Shown in pieces: positions 26,706 through 39,869 of a stretch of 64,000 nucleotides of DNA. A program made the translations under genes and the position numbers. The notes below the pieces were generated by a model that made no database searches, was not told where the DNA came from, and saw nothing but the letters and a program-made list of their open reading frames with translations. The stretch covers positions 44,062,475-44,126,474 of the forward strand of contig NC_057719.1 of assembly GCF_004010195.1 (NCBI RefSeq), given 5' to 3'. Numbering within the stretch: position 1 is the stretch's first letter; the number at the start of each line of letters is the position of its first letter. Origin of the DNA: Chiloscyllium plagiosum (taxonomy: Eukaryota).

Positions 26706-29700
26706 TTTAACAAATAAAAATTACATTGTGTTTGTGAGGAGGAATTTACATTAGATAGGTATGCATGGATATAGTTTCCAAATTTTGACTCAGAGGATAG
26801 TAATATTTTGGTCACTTGCTTTTAAACATTGGGTACAACAGTCTATTTTGCACAAGAATAGAAACAGTCTGACACGAATAATGACCAGACACAGCAAAAC
26901 TGTCCTGAATACTATGGAGGGCCGTTCACTATCATTTCAGCTTCTTTAAAACATAACATGTGCAGCTGCTTTGTCGCGATAACAGGAACCTGACAAATTA
27001 ATGAAAAAACTGGAGTTTGATCAGAATCGTGTCAGTTGTGTGCCGTGTAAGATACTAAACACAGACTGAACCAAAAGGTTTACATCTTCATATGATGTTT
27101 AAAGGAACTGAAATACAGTAATCACCTGCATATTTTGATTACTGAGTAATTATCTGCTTAAAGTTGTGAGCAGTATTTGAAGCGAAAGAACATCACTGGA
27201 TCCCTCTGTCATTTGACAAGACTTGGTTATTTTTAGACTGCAAACTGCCTTTCATTGGAGACCCAATATTTTGCACCACCTCCTCAGAATGCAATGAATA
27301 CAACATTTTATTATCAAGCATTAGGACTTCCTTAAACCATTTAACAGTTCAGTAAAGCAAAGCCTCAGCTTTTAATCTAGGTTACAGACCACTAACAAGG
27401 TCAACCAACAGGGCACAGCCTATGACATCAAATCACTGATCCAATCTTCTTCAGAGACGACAACAGATGTTGCATGACCAGGGAAAAGAAAATACTTCAG
27501 CCATATGCCCTGCCTTCAAAACAAGGGGAAACACTCCCACTGTGTATTTCTATTTATTGAAAAGGAATACCTATTGTTGGACAAAATCAGACCATCTCCT
27601 GGGCTTTCCAGTGTGTAATTCTGTGTATTCACTGTGTAATATATTCACTGAGTGGCCGTATCACCAAAACGTGAGTCTGAAGCAGGCAGCTGCACAGTGA
27701 CAGATGGCTTCTTTCTCAACTATGAGCAATTTCATGAGCAACATTTCTAAATAAACTCAAGTACATTACCTCATAGATCTGAATGGAACTGGCTGAGTAG
27801 AGGTGAACAGAAATTTAAATTAGGAATTTTTTTGGTTCTACTTTGAGAACACTTATATGAGTTTGAGCAACCAAAATTTACAGAATAAATTTTATAGTTG
27901 GTAAAAGGCAACAAAGTTTGAAATTAACACAAATAAACATATCATAATGGCTCATTGGAACTAAAAGAGCTATGGGGTTTTATTTTGCACTCAGGAAAAG
28001 GGAGTGGAATGACATCACAGGCTCCTGACTGCTGGGTAGACTGCAAAATGCATCAACACTAGATAAGTACCAAATGTGATGCACAATCCTATTATCAAAC
28101 AGCTCCAATTTAGGCTCACATTTAGAAGAATTGACATTTTTGTTTTGAACGTGTGAGAATACCTGTATGATTGTATCCTAGGGAAAGAATAATAGAAAAG
28201 GGGAGAAATTTAGAATTGTACATCAAGGAGTCCATGCTGAAATTAAAGAGAAAACATTTAAGTTAAGCTAAGTGAATTTACTATGGAATAGGTTTTGGCC
28301 TTATTAGTGCCAGGAATTTTAATCATGAAGTGTAAACTTTATAAGGGTTCTTTAAACGTAAAATGCAGAATACTATTGCTATATTTTGCTCTGCTACCTT
28401 GAAGAATAGTGTAAGAAGACACTTTCATCAGGGATACAGTTTGATCTGTATGAATAAAGGAACAGGTTTAAGGAACAATGAAGCCTCTTTCGAATAATAC
28501 AATTTTCACCAGGCTTCTGATTCCTTTTATGTTATTCTCTTTTCCAGCAGGCCAGCTGTTAATGGGGGTTGGGATAGTATTTTCTCTGTCTGTGGCAGCA
28601 GCTGTCCCCTCTGATTTATCACAACTCTGCCAATGATAGTTGAGCACCTTGTAATCTACAAAAAGAATTCAAACAGAATCTGTCAGCCTCCAACTAAAAT
28701 CCAGTCCTCTAAAACACTGCAGTGATCAGCATGATTCCAACCAACTGAGGAAAATTTGTTCCGCATTTATTTTACATATTTCTCTTTTTTACAATAAAAA
28801 AGACTTTTGTTCTGAATTTGTTGGAACAAACATTCCTCAAATGAAATAACTCAGTGAACTTAGATCTTCTGATTAATGTTAGAAACCTCAGATTGACTAA
28901 CAATCAAGAGGTCCGTATTTGCTGTGTACAGATATATCTCACAAATAAAATTTACATGGAAATGGACAATATCAGAAGTAAGTAAAATTGGGAACAACAG
29001 ATTTCTAAAGTTTGTAACTTTAGAAATTAAATTAATAAAAAACAGCGTTCTCCAGATATAGGATTGTATGACCTGTTATAGGGTTCATATAATTCTAAAT
29101 CATACACAGAAAATAAATACAATCAATTCAAAACAGCCATATGGAATATGTGACTTACCAGAAAATTCATATTTTAAACTTTGCTTTCCACCCCCTCCCA
29201 TGCACAAAACCATTTGTAGATATAACATATATTAATCTGTCTCTCTCATCTCCTGTTTGTTTATCTACATATGGAATGCAAATAAGCATATAGATAGGAG
29301 ATGGAAGAGACAAAAAATATACAGAGAGGTTTTTTTTTAAGAATATTAACTTGATAAACAACGCTAATTTCCACTAAGCATTTACTGCAATTCTAGTTTA
29401 TGACTGCCCTCAATTTGTATACATTAGTGAAATGTCAGTGACATTTATCACAACCAATATCCAACTCCATTCACACCAACATTTTGCAATTACAGAAAGG
29501 ACAGCGCAATCAATCTTGTGCATCACTTAAAACAAGTGGATTTATACACATACTTTAATAGAAGCATCTTGCTTGGCAAAGATTAATATGTTTACAAAGT
29601 CTCTATATACCATATTAAATTCTAATTGTACATTAAATTAATTCTCCAGGACACAAGTAAGAGATGTAAAGTGACAGAAAAGGATACGAAAGATGCCACT

Positions 29701-30164
29701 ATAATCAGTGTAACTGTAATAAAAGTTAAAAGTTTAATTTATGCAGTGATACAACCCTATTAAGAGTTTTACTGTTCAGCAAGTATACGTAAAATTAAAG
29801 GAGTAAGGTTTACTTCAAGGATTTCAACAATTTGTACTCCGTCATATTTGAGATGTGTTATCATTTATCATGAACTCCTGGGGGAAGTGATGATCACAGT
29901 GAAATTGATAATTATGTGTTCCATTCTTTCCTATTTCTGCTGCATTTGAAACATGAACTAACTTTGTCATTGCTGAAAGTAAGAAAATATGTTTTCACTC
30001 TTTTGCTTCTTGACAGTCAATCAAGTGCAATTCCCAAAGCCCAAGAAAATATTTATATTGCAGCCGATAGCAGGTAAACTTCAATATTTGCCTGCAGTTA
30101 GACTTCCATGATTAGGAACCTAGAAGTGCCTTTAGATGTCAGTGTAAGATGAGCATCTTGGGAA

Positions 30165-30440
30165 TCTTCTGGCACAGTGGTAGTGTCCCTACCTTTGAGC
30201 CAGGACCCTGGGTTCATTTCCGACCTGCTTCAGAGGTGTGTAATAACATCTCTGAACAGGTTAATCCAAAGATGTGCAGGTTAGGTGAATTGGCCATGCT
30301 AAATTGCCCATAATGTTAGGTGCATTGTCAGAGGGAAATGGGTCTGGGTGGGTTACTCTTCAGACGGTCAGTGTGGACTAAGTTGGGCCGAAGGGCTTGT
30401 TTCCACATTGTAGGGAATCTAATCTAATCAGAAAATATTG
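30165..30440 (+). mobile_element. Short tRNA-derived SINE with a 5'-truncated HE1 inserted (~30265-30430)
   Basis: Head ggcacagtggtagtgtccctacc...gggttc. Related copies at ~30500-30580 and, on minus, ~40745-40825 and ~50405-50505. Confidence 0.65.
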
Positions 30441-31014
30441 ATATGATTTCCTGGGAGCTTAGCCAGTGTGTTATTATATTTGAGGGCTTTTATGATGCAT
30501 AATGTCCCTACCTCAGGTGTGCTCAAGTCCCACCTGTTCCAGAGTTGTGTCATAATATATCTGAACAGGCTGATTAAAAATATTTAAAATGTGTATCTTG
30601 GGACAAATTAACTGAGATTCATTCCTTGGTTAATGGTTAGTCATATTCCAGATTTTCTTCCATGTAAGAATACAACCAATCCCTCTCCACGAATGGTACA
30701 AAATAATATAAGCAAGGTTTTAGATTCTTTTGTAGTGAAATCATAAGCTGTGCAAATCATTTAGCTAGCTGCAATCTAGTAGTAAACTTACAGATTCAGT
30801 CAGACTAACTGTTCAGAGGACTAAGTGAACTCAGTAGGTCTTTCTGCCCACTAGCCTTAGCAATGCTAGGATTTCCTGCTTGCTGAGAAAAATAGATGGA
30901 GAGTGTTGTGAGGCTGAGAAATTAATTTTCATAGTTACTAGCTAAGGCAGAAGCTATATCAACATTCACAATTAGATTGCAAAAGTAGATGCAGGAAAAG
31001 GTGTTGATGCAAAA

Positions 31015-31894
31015 CGGAAACATAGAACATTACAGTGCAGTACAGGCCCTTCGGCCCTCGATGTCATACTAATCTGAAGCCCATCCCACCTACACTATTC
31101 CATGTCGAAACATCAATTTCGAAGCTCCTTGGATGCTGCCTGAACTGCTGTGCTCTTCCAGCACCACTAATCCAGAATCTGGTTTCCAGCATCTGCAGTC
31201 ATTGTTTTTACCATGGACGTCCATTGGCCTGTCCAATGATGACTTAAATGCACTTAAACTTGGCGAATCTACTACTGATGCAGGCAAAGCATTCCATACC
31301 CTTACTACTCTCTGAGTAAAGAAACTACCTCTGACATCTGTCTTATACCTATCTCCCCTCACTTTAAAGTTGTGTCTCCTCTTGTTTGCCGTCCCCATAC
31401 TTGAAAAAAGGCTCTCCCTGTCCACCCTATCTAACTCTCTGATTATCTTGTATGTCTCTATTAAGTCACCTCTCAACTTTCTTCTCTCTAACGAGAACAG
31501 CCTCAAGGCCCTCAGCCTTTCCTCGTAAGACATTCCTTCCATACCAGGCAACATCCTAGTAAATCTCCTCTGCACCCTTTCCAAAGCTTCCACATCCTTC
31601 TTATAATGCGGTGACCAGAACTGTACACAATACTCCAAGTGTGACCGTACTAGAGCTTTGTACAGCTGCATCATAACCTCCTGGTTCCGGAACTCAATCC
31701 CTCTATTAATAAAGGCCAAATCACTGTATGCCTTCTTAACAACCCTGTCAATCTGGGTGGCAACTTTCAGGGAGCTGTGTACATGGACACCGGGATCTCT
31801 CTGCTCATCTGCACTCCCAAGAATCCTACCATTAGCCCAGTACTTTGCATTCCGATTACTCCAGCGAAAGTGTATCACCTCACACTTGTCCACA
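31015..31894 (-). mobile_element. CR1 3' portion with nested PLE end
   Basis: ORF 31090-31893 DKCEVIHF...LVRSHLEYCVQFWSP...FTQRVVRVWNALP. Confidence 0.92.
31105..31210 (+). mobile_element. 5'-truncated PLE end inserted in the CR1 3' end
   Basis: Matches 38365-38470; flanked by ccatg at 31100-31104 and 31211-31215. Confidence 0.8.
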
Positions 31895-33036
31895 TGTTGA
31901 GTTCATGTGATTAAAATCATTTATGTGCCTGAAAAGTAAATGCTAGCATGATTCCTGGTTGGACTGAATGCCAAGTTTGTGTTGTGACCTCTTATGTGTT
32001 TCTATCAGCCAATGCTACCAAAACAGATCCTGGTACCATATAAAAACAACTATAAAAATGAATGGCACAGTTTAAGGGACAGGTATTTTGAATTTTGGTG
32101 TATGCAAACAAAACCAAAGAAAAAGGTCTCAATTCAAAAACTTCTGAGCACAATGGTACCGTATGAAAAGTATTAGGCAATCTTGCATTTCTCGTGAATT
32201 ACCTGTGGGCATCAGCCCTACAGCTCAAAACATTTTAATTTGGCATAATACCTGTGAATAACTATTATTTTGCTTAAAGTATATAAGATGGCTAATGTGG
32301 GTAAGTAAAAATGTCACAGTAGTGACATAGACTACGTCTTCAAGCTTGCTGAACCCTATTCAATCTGATCAAAGCTGACCATAGGCTTTAATGAACCTGT
32401 CTGCCCACTTCCCATATGCCTTGATTCCCATTCATAACTGTCTATTTTAGTGAATTCTGAGGGAATAAATTTATTCTCATCATCAACCTAAATGAACTGA
32501 TTCTTTATCGAAAGACTGTGCCCCATGTTCCAGATTCAACAGCAAGGGGAAACAACTTTGCACTGTCTACACTGTCAAGATCCTTCAGAATTTTACAATG
32601 AGGTTACCTGTCATTCTTCTAAAAAAGTATCGATCCAAGTTATTCAACCTCTCATCATCAGACAACCCTTTCATCACAAGAACCAATGCAGTGAACCTCA
32701 GCTACAATTCCTCCAATGTGAGTATCTCATTCGTTAAATATCAATACTCCACACCAAACTCTCACACAAATGTAGCAATACATCGACGTACTCCAATCTC
32801 ATTACAATAAAGGCCAATACACTATTTGCTATCCTAATTGCTTGCAATGCCTGCATGCTAACCTTTTCTGTTCCTCGTATGATAACACACAAGTCCCTCT
32901 GAACATCAAGACACAAAAGTTTCACACCTTTAAAAAATATTCTGTTTTGCTATTCTTACTAACACAGTGAATAACCTCACACTTCCCTATATCATATTCC
33001 ATCTGCTATATCAATGCTATGCACTGAACCTATTTA

Positions 33037-33255
33037 AGTAGTCCCCAGTAGCCGTGGGGGATACATTCCATGATGTACCGCTGAAGCCCAAAACCGTGAA
33101 TAGGAGCTAACCCATTCATTTAAATGGGAAATTTACCTTCCTGGTAACCCCCGGTCCCTCGTTCCGGAAGGTTCTCGATAATACGTTCGGGCTGCGGTAA
33201 ACCGCGGGTAATTGGAACCATGGAAAATGATTCCGCACATATCGAGATCTCCCTG
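33037..33255. mobile_element. Tigger/pogo-like MITE with TA flanks
   Basis: Starts ta|agtagtcccc..ccgtgggggatacattcca and ends ...ccgcacatatcgagatctccctg|ta, an imperfect Tigger-type TIR pair. Confidence 0.6.
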
Positions 33256-34008
33256 TATATCTCCTTACAGCCTCTGTCTGTCTTGCTTACAGATTGCATT
33301 CACATCTAGCTCTGTATCATGCGCTAATTTATATATATTACTCTTGGTATCTTCAACTATGTCATGAACATTGATTTTAAATAACTCAGGTCCTAGCAAT
33401 AAGAGCAAAATACTTTGGATGCTGGAAATCTCAGCAGGTCAGACAGCATCTATGGAGAGAGAAACAGAGTTAACACTTCAGCTCCACTATGACTCCTCAG
33501 ACTTCTCCAATTCTAATCCATAATCCTTACAGTACCTCATTACCAATTGCCCATGAAGTTAAAATCTTCCATTTGTCCTTCCCATCTGCTTCCTGTCCAT
33601 TAATCAACCCCCTAGCATGCTATTACATTACTCCTGACTCCAGGATTTTGAAAGGATATCATTAAGATTTCCTTAATTTCAGCATTTTCTCAATTAATAT
33701 CAGACTAATTTCTCTGTAGTTTTGGTTTTCTCTTTTCATACTTTCCTGAGTGGCAGAATTGCTTTGCCAACTTCCCTCTGCTGAAATGATTCTAGATTTC
33801 TTTTAAACCAGCACATCCATTACCTCTGCAGCTGCCTCTTTCAGACCCCTAAAATATAAACAATCAGTTCCTGATGATTTGTGAAATTTTCGCCCCTTAA
33901 CTCTCCCCAATATTATTACCTCCATTGATATTAATTACCTTAAGTTCCCCATTGTTAAGAATAAGCTGGTTACCATATTTTGATATGTAATTTGCCTTCT
34001 ACTGTAAA

Positions 34009-34225
34009 GTTAAAAATCACACAATACCAGGTTATAGTCCAGTGAGTTTATTTGGAAGTACTAGCGCTGCTCCTTCGTCAAGTAGCTGGGTGACGAGCTA
34101 CCTGATGAAGCAGCAGCACTCTGAAAGCTAGTATTTCCAAATAAACGTGTTGGACTATAACCTGGTGTAGTGTGAGTTTTAACTTTGCCCACTCTAGTCC
34201 AACACTGGCCACCTCCTCATCATGG
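34009..34225. mobile_element. Inverted (hairpin) PLE-derived mini-element, second family
   Basis: Arms ~34006-34086 and ~34095-34186 are imperfect reverse complements, with a 39-nt tail. Flanking repeat cttctactgtaaa (33996-34008) / cttctaatgtaaa (34226-34238). CTGATGA...GAAAGCTA core at 34102-34130. Confidence 0.75.
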
Positions 34226-35409
34226 CTTCTAATGTAAATACAGGCAAAAATATTTGTTAAATGCCTCTGACATTCTGCATCAAAATCTCTCCTCTCTCTG
34301 CTTCTAAGAGATGAATACTTACTTTAGTTATTCTCCCTTTTATATATTTTATATATTTTACAAAGGTTCTTACATTCTCATTCTATTTGTTCACTTTTTA
34401 TCTTTTTTTCTGGAGGCTGTTTGCTGGTTTCTAAAACAAACCCAGTTCTCAGGGTTACAACCTTTAACATATTATTAGCCTCTTCTTTTAATCTAATTCA
34501 ATCATTTAAATCCTCAGTAAGCCATGGATCAATTTTCTTGATGAATGTTTACATTTTTTAAATGGAATGCATTTTGAATTGCTTCTTTAAAAAAGTTTCG
34601 CAATGCTTATTTACCACTATATCACATAGTCAATTTGCCCAATTAACTGTAGCCAGTTTGCCTTCACACATACATAATTTAAGATTATATTTTTGGTTGG
34701 GAGTATGTTGGTTTCAAACTTCAGTTATATTATGACCACTTTTTTTTCTAACAAGTCTTTTAATCTGAGATTGCCAACTGACTGCCGAATGTTTCTCTTT
34801 TTCATTAGTTCATATTTCTCACTGTGAATGCTTTCGTACTCAGATAAGGAGCCCCTAACTTTATTTCTTTACTACTATTCATTACATGGACTTTAGTCAG
34901 TGAAAAGCTATTATTAAGTGAGTAGATGTATTTGAATAGAGAAAGACTGCAGGAAGCTACAGAACAGACGGATTTAGGAGTCCTTGTCCATGAATCACAA
35001 AAGCTAGCATTAATAAGGGAATCAAGCATTACAGGGAAAAGACAAGAAAATGGAGTTGAGGTTTATCAGAGCAGCCATGATTTGGTTGAAAGGTGTAGCA
35101 GACATGCTGGGCTGAAGGCCTACCTCTGCTCCCACTCTTCTTGCTTTTGCTCAAGTTGCTACACTACTGTGCTGCTTCAGTATGTTCTTTTCGATTTTTA
35201 AATTTCCTTTCACTGAGATGGTGTAATAATGGAACTTAGTTCTGATTTTGGCAATGCTATATTTGATCGAGAGATATTAACGTGGAAGCAATCTACTCCC
35301 AGCATGAAAATCCTCCTTTTTATGTGAGACAACCCCTGTTGTAAGTTCACAAAAGATGGGAGTCTAGTTTTGTTCTAAATATAGATTGGTTGATTTAATT
35401 ATTGTAAAG

Positions 35410-35646
35410 GGGGGGATGGGTGTGGATAAAGGTTGAGCTGAAAAAAAGCACAGCAGGTCAAGCAGCATCAGAGGAGAAGGAGAGTCGATGTTTCAGGTCA
35501 GAATCTTTTATCTGTCCTGATGAAAGGTTCCGACCTGAAACATCGACTCGCCTTCTCCTCTGATGCTGCTTGAGCTGCTGTGCTTTTTCCAGTTCATGTT
35601 TTATCCCCACTCGGACTCTCCAGCATCTGCAGTTGTCACTATCTCC
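35410..35646. mobile_element. Inverted PLE-derived mini-element, third variant
   Basis: Arms ~35420-35510 and ~35513-35610 are inverted. Core gtc-CTGATGA-A-AGGT-tccg-ACCT-GAAAC-ATC-gac at 35514-35547. Confidence 0.75.
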
Positions 35647-35729
35647 TTAATTATATTAAATACAGAGCTAACAAACAAATATCACTTTCCACAACTTAAA
35701 CAACAGAGCTGTCAAACATAAAATAATTT

Positions 35730-36040
35730 TTAAAGAAATGCTGAAAAAAAACAAACAGTGGAACTCAACAGGTCTGGGCAACATCAGTTAAGAGAGAAAC
35801 ATAATTAACATTTCAAGTCCAATGACTTCTTTGCAACTGCAGCCTCAGGAAACTGGCAAACCCATCTGGAACGTGAGTTTGTAGAATGCTTTTCCTTGAA
35901 TAAAGTTACAAAGAAGAGTCACCAGACTAGAAACATTAACTTGTTTCTCTCTTCACAGATGCTGCCAGACCTACTGAGTTTCTTCAGCATTTTCTATTTT
36001 TATTTTGGTTTGACAGCATCCACAGTAGTTCCCTTTTGTT
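35730..36040. mobile_element. Old inverted PLE remnant pair
   Basis: actcaacaggtctgggcaacatc...gagagaaac is inverted relative to gtttctctc...gatgctgccagacctactgagt. Confidence 0.55.
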
Positions 36041-37135
36041 TATCGTAATGCTACTGTCTCCAAATTCAAGAATGCCAGCAGTTTATTTAAAGTATGTTAT
36101 CAACTATTACAAGTGGAAATTGATTATGATTTTACTTGCTTTGGTAGAGTGTTGGAATGAATAATGGGTGGTAATGTAAACATACACAACATTTTATTTG
36201 GAAAGGACATCTGCATGGCTGCAAAAGGTGCAGCACTGCCAAATAAGGGACCTTAAATCTACAAAGGAAAAATAAAATGATTAGTTGTTAACAAGTACCA
36301 GCATTGTTCTAGGAAAGCATCAATTCATGAAATGAAAATGTATATTTTCCTTCAAAAATTAGCATGTTTTCATTTTTAATAGAGGTTACCCTAAAGTATA
36401 ATTATTGCACAGCAAACATGCTACTTTACTACAGGCAGAAAGATAACAAACATAAACAGGATATATTAATATCTCAGAAACACAATAGAATAATCTTGAC
36501 AATAATGACATGATAGAACTGGGTTTTGTGCCATACCATTGCACTTTCTCATGCAAAAGTAAAGCAAATGTGATTATTAATTGTTCAGATTAACACATCA
36601 AGTGTTTGCAATACAAACAGCTAAAAAATTTATTCCAACTACAAGTAAGTTTCAGACAGAAGGGGGCAGGTAAGTGCTAAATATAAGATATTGTGCATTT
36701 CATCTTTTTGGACTCAATTTTTTGGGTTCACATACTAGCCAGTACAATGGTCAGAGAAGCTGCTAACATGGAAAAAGATATGATAGTCATAGACTCATAG
36801 AGGCAGAGATGTACAACATGGATACAAATGCTTCAGTTCTTGACTGCCCACAGTTTGTAGTTTTGTGGTTGAGAGGGAGCTGTGGGAAGTTCTCATAAAA
36901 TCAAAAGGAATGTGGTGCAAGGAACGAATGACTTTTCTTGGGAGTTTTAGAGCATGAATCTTGCTTCAAACCTAAGCTTGGGAAGGAAGGTTTCTTCATC
37001 CTTCGCAGTATTTGCTGTCATACATCAAAATCCAAAAGATGTCTGCCTTGCTCCATTCCAATTTTAAGCAACTGAAGTCTTTTTGTGTCTCTGAAGTGCA
37101 TAAATTCATGATATTCCAGGTTGATTTCGGCAGGC

Positions 37136-38474
37136 TCTGGATTAGTGGTGCTGGAAGAGCACAGCAATTCAGGCAGCATCCGAGGACAGGCAAAATCGAC
37201 GTTTCGGGCAAAAGCCCTTCATCAGGAATAAAGGCAGAGAGCCTGAAGCATGGAGAGATAAGCTAGAGGAGGGTGGGGGGGGGGAGAGAGTAGCATAGAG
37301 TACAATAGGTGAGTTGCTCGCTGCAGTATTCCCAGTCTCTGACCTGCACTTGTAGCCACAGTATTTGGTCATTTAGATATTGTGGGGAATTCAACAATGG
37401 CAATGCTTTTGGATGGTAATGATTAGATCTCATGAATAAAGGCTGTGGATGATTGTGTGAGGAATGATGGTTCACCTAAAGTACAGTTTTCATTTTAATT
37501 GCAAATACAGCATGCTGAACATGGGATCTTGCAATTATACATTTATAGTTTCTCTTGACTAATTATAGGTTCCTGAAACTACAGTTACCCTGAAACAACC
37601 AACGAATGCTGGAGGAACTTAGCAGTTCGGCAGTTTCAGTGGAAAGAGAGACAGTTAACATTTAGAGTCCAGTATAACTTTTGTTCAGAACTGTGAATTC
37701 TGTGTTTGTTTAGGTTGATTCTATCTTTTGTTGGGGGTGATCTTTGCCTGAACTTGTATGCTTCAAGTAAGAATGTTGTCTAGGCCTTGCTGCATATGGA
37801 GATGAAATGCTTCTGTATTTCATGAGTTGTAAATGGTACTGAACACAGCAGTCACTAGCAAACATTTCACTCTGACATAAAGAAGGGGAGGTCATTGTTT
37901 AAACGATTCAAGATGGTCAGGTGTGGAGCATGACATTGATCAACTCCTGCAGCAATGTCTTGGAAATGAGCTGATTGATCTCCAACAGCTATAATCTTCC
38001 TTTGTGCTAGGTATGTTTCCACCCTGATTTGCTGTTAATTCAATTTTTCTCATGCTCTTTGATGTTGAACTTTATTAAATATAGTCTCGATGTCAAGGAT
38101 AGTCAGTCTCACTTCATCTCTAGTTTTTAGTTCTTTTATCCATATTCAAACTAAGTCAGTAATAAGATCCAGAGCTGAGTGGGGCCGGACTGAATTTGAG
38201 CTGAACTGACTAAGTGCTGTCAACATTCCTTCCACTGCTTTGATCAGACAAATTTGTTTTTTTTTGCCTTTTTTGTGGGTTTGACATCCATTTCCTCAGC
38301 CTTGAATAGCTTATCTCTCCATGCTTCAGGCTCTCTGCCTTTATTCCTGATGAAGGGCTTTTGCCCGAAACGTCGATTTTGCCTGTCCGCGGATGCTGCC
38401 TGAATTGCTGTGCTCTTCCAGCACCACTAATCCAGAATCTGGTTTCCAGCATCTGCAGTCATTGTTTTTACCTC
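37136..38474. mobile_element. Young PLE insertion: inverted arms enclosing ~1 kb of unrelated DNA, 16-bp direct repeat
   Basis: 37136-37265 is the reverse complement of 38307-38436 (130 bp, one mismatch read). The tail is 38437-38474. gttgatttcggcaggc occurs at both 37120-37135 and 38475-38490. Confidence 0.8.
38347..38374 (+). ncRNA. Minimal hammerhead ribozyme core (the mirror copy is at 37198-37225, minus)
   Basis: CUGAUGA-A-GGGC-UUUU-GCCC-GAAAC-GUC. Confidence 0.65.
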
Positions 38475-38914
38475 GTTGATTTCGGCAGGCATCTTATCTA
38501 CCTACAGAATCCCTCAAGTTCAAATTGGAAGGGCTGAGTACTGATTGGTAACTAACCTGATCATTTTTTAATTACTCAACTGATCCATTTCTATCAGGTG
38601 GATTGGAGAAAACTTGATCCTAGATACTCCACTGCTGAGGATAGCATCACACAACTGATGGGGAGCATTACCTTTAGTCGCTTTCACTTACGTGCATTAT
38701 GGCTTTGACTCAGTGCCTTTGGGATAACATTAATCTATATTTAGGTTTGCATTGTATTATTTTTTTCTTACAACATCAATAATGAACACAGATACAAAGT
38801 ATATTTAAGTAGAATGTCACATTTGGCATTTTTTTTCAGTTTAATTGCAAATTAATCATATTGGAAGTGGAGCAAGCTGAGGCAGTAATTGGAACACACT
38901 GCGTTGTCAAGGTG

Positions 38915-39100
38915 CTGCTTTGATGAGGTGGTGACACATGAATCTCTGAGCCAGAAGGTTCAAACATGTTGCATTCAAGCCTCACTCCAGCCTTTATCAG
39001 ATGACCTAGGTTGAAATTTTGGTGCCAATAATAAGGAAATGTTATATTGTTGAATGTGCTGTTTTTCAGAAGAAATGTTAAACTAAGATTTCTGCTTTAA
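38915..39100 (+). mobile_element. Degenerate Deu-domain SINE (SacSINE1/AmnSINE1-like)
   Basis: tRNA-like head (ctctgagccagaaggtt...ttcaagcc), then ctaggttga...gtgctgtttttcagaagaaatgttaaactaag, resembling the DeuSINE core as I recall it. Confidence 0.5.
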
Positions 39101-39548
39101 TCTTGTTCACCATCTACCATCTTGGTACTCACATGACATGACAATAATGTCATGGAAATCAATCCCTATCAGTTAATCCATAAAATACTCAGGACTGAAG
39201 TAGGGAAACATCCACCACTCAAGTGTGGAAGATTTAGCAACAACAAGGGTCCCAGCTATCCATTCCTTCCTAGCTTCCTAAATTCTCAAGCTCATTTATG
39301 AAGGATAGTTGCTTGGATGAATTATCGGAGCGCTGATAGAACCTATACAATGCACACCAACTTGAAAGTCAGCACAGCCCGCCAGGATGGAGAAATCCAC
39401 AAGTTCTTCAAGAAAGAGTTAGATAAGATAAATAAGTTAAGAAAAAAACTTAAGAAAGAGTTAGATACATTTTTAGATTTTAAAGACAATCAAGCATTGT
39501 GGGAGAAAATTGGAATATGGCATTGAGATACAGGATTAGCCAAGATTT

Positions 39549-39869
39549 GGGCAGCACGGTGGCACAGTGGTTAGCACTGCTGCCTCACAGCGCCAGAGAC
39601 CCGGGTTCAATTCCCGCCTCAGGCGACTGACTGTGTGGAGTTTGCACATTCTCCCCGTGTCTGCGTGGGTTTCCTCCGGGTGCTCCGGTTTCTTCCCACA
39701 ATCCAAAAATGTGCAGGTTAGGTGAATTGGCCATGCTAAATTGCCCGTAGTGTTAGATGAAGGGGTAAACGTAGGGGAATGGGTCTGGGTGGGTTACGCT
39801 TCGGCGGGTCGGTGTGGACTTGTTGGGCCGAAGGGCCTGTTTCCACACTGTAAGTAATCTAATCTAATC
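39549..39869 (+). mobile_element. HE1-like V-SINE, full length, nested in an old CR1 3' end
   Basis: A and B boxes, V core, (taatc)n tail. Confidence 0.92.

Larger units (their letters stand above)
32330..34800 (-). mobile_element. Old degraded CR1 hosting nested insertions
   Basis: Minus-strand QRDLCV...QAIRIANSVLAFI...HLCESLV (32734-32925) is CR1 ORF2-like. Confidence 0.65.

Noticed and set aside
39410..39467. 16-bp direct repeat aagaaagagttagata with a 26-bp spacer (CRISPR-like or TSD)
   Set aside because: Only two units inside an old CR1 3' fragment; best explained as a local slippage or repair duplication.
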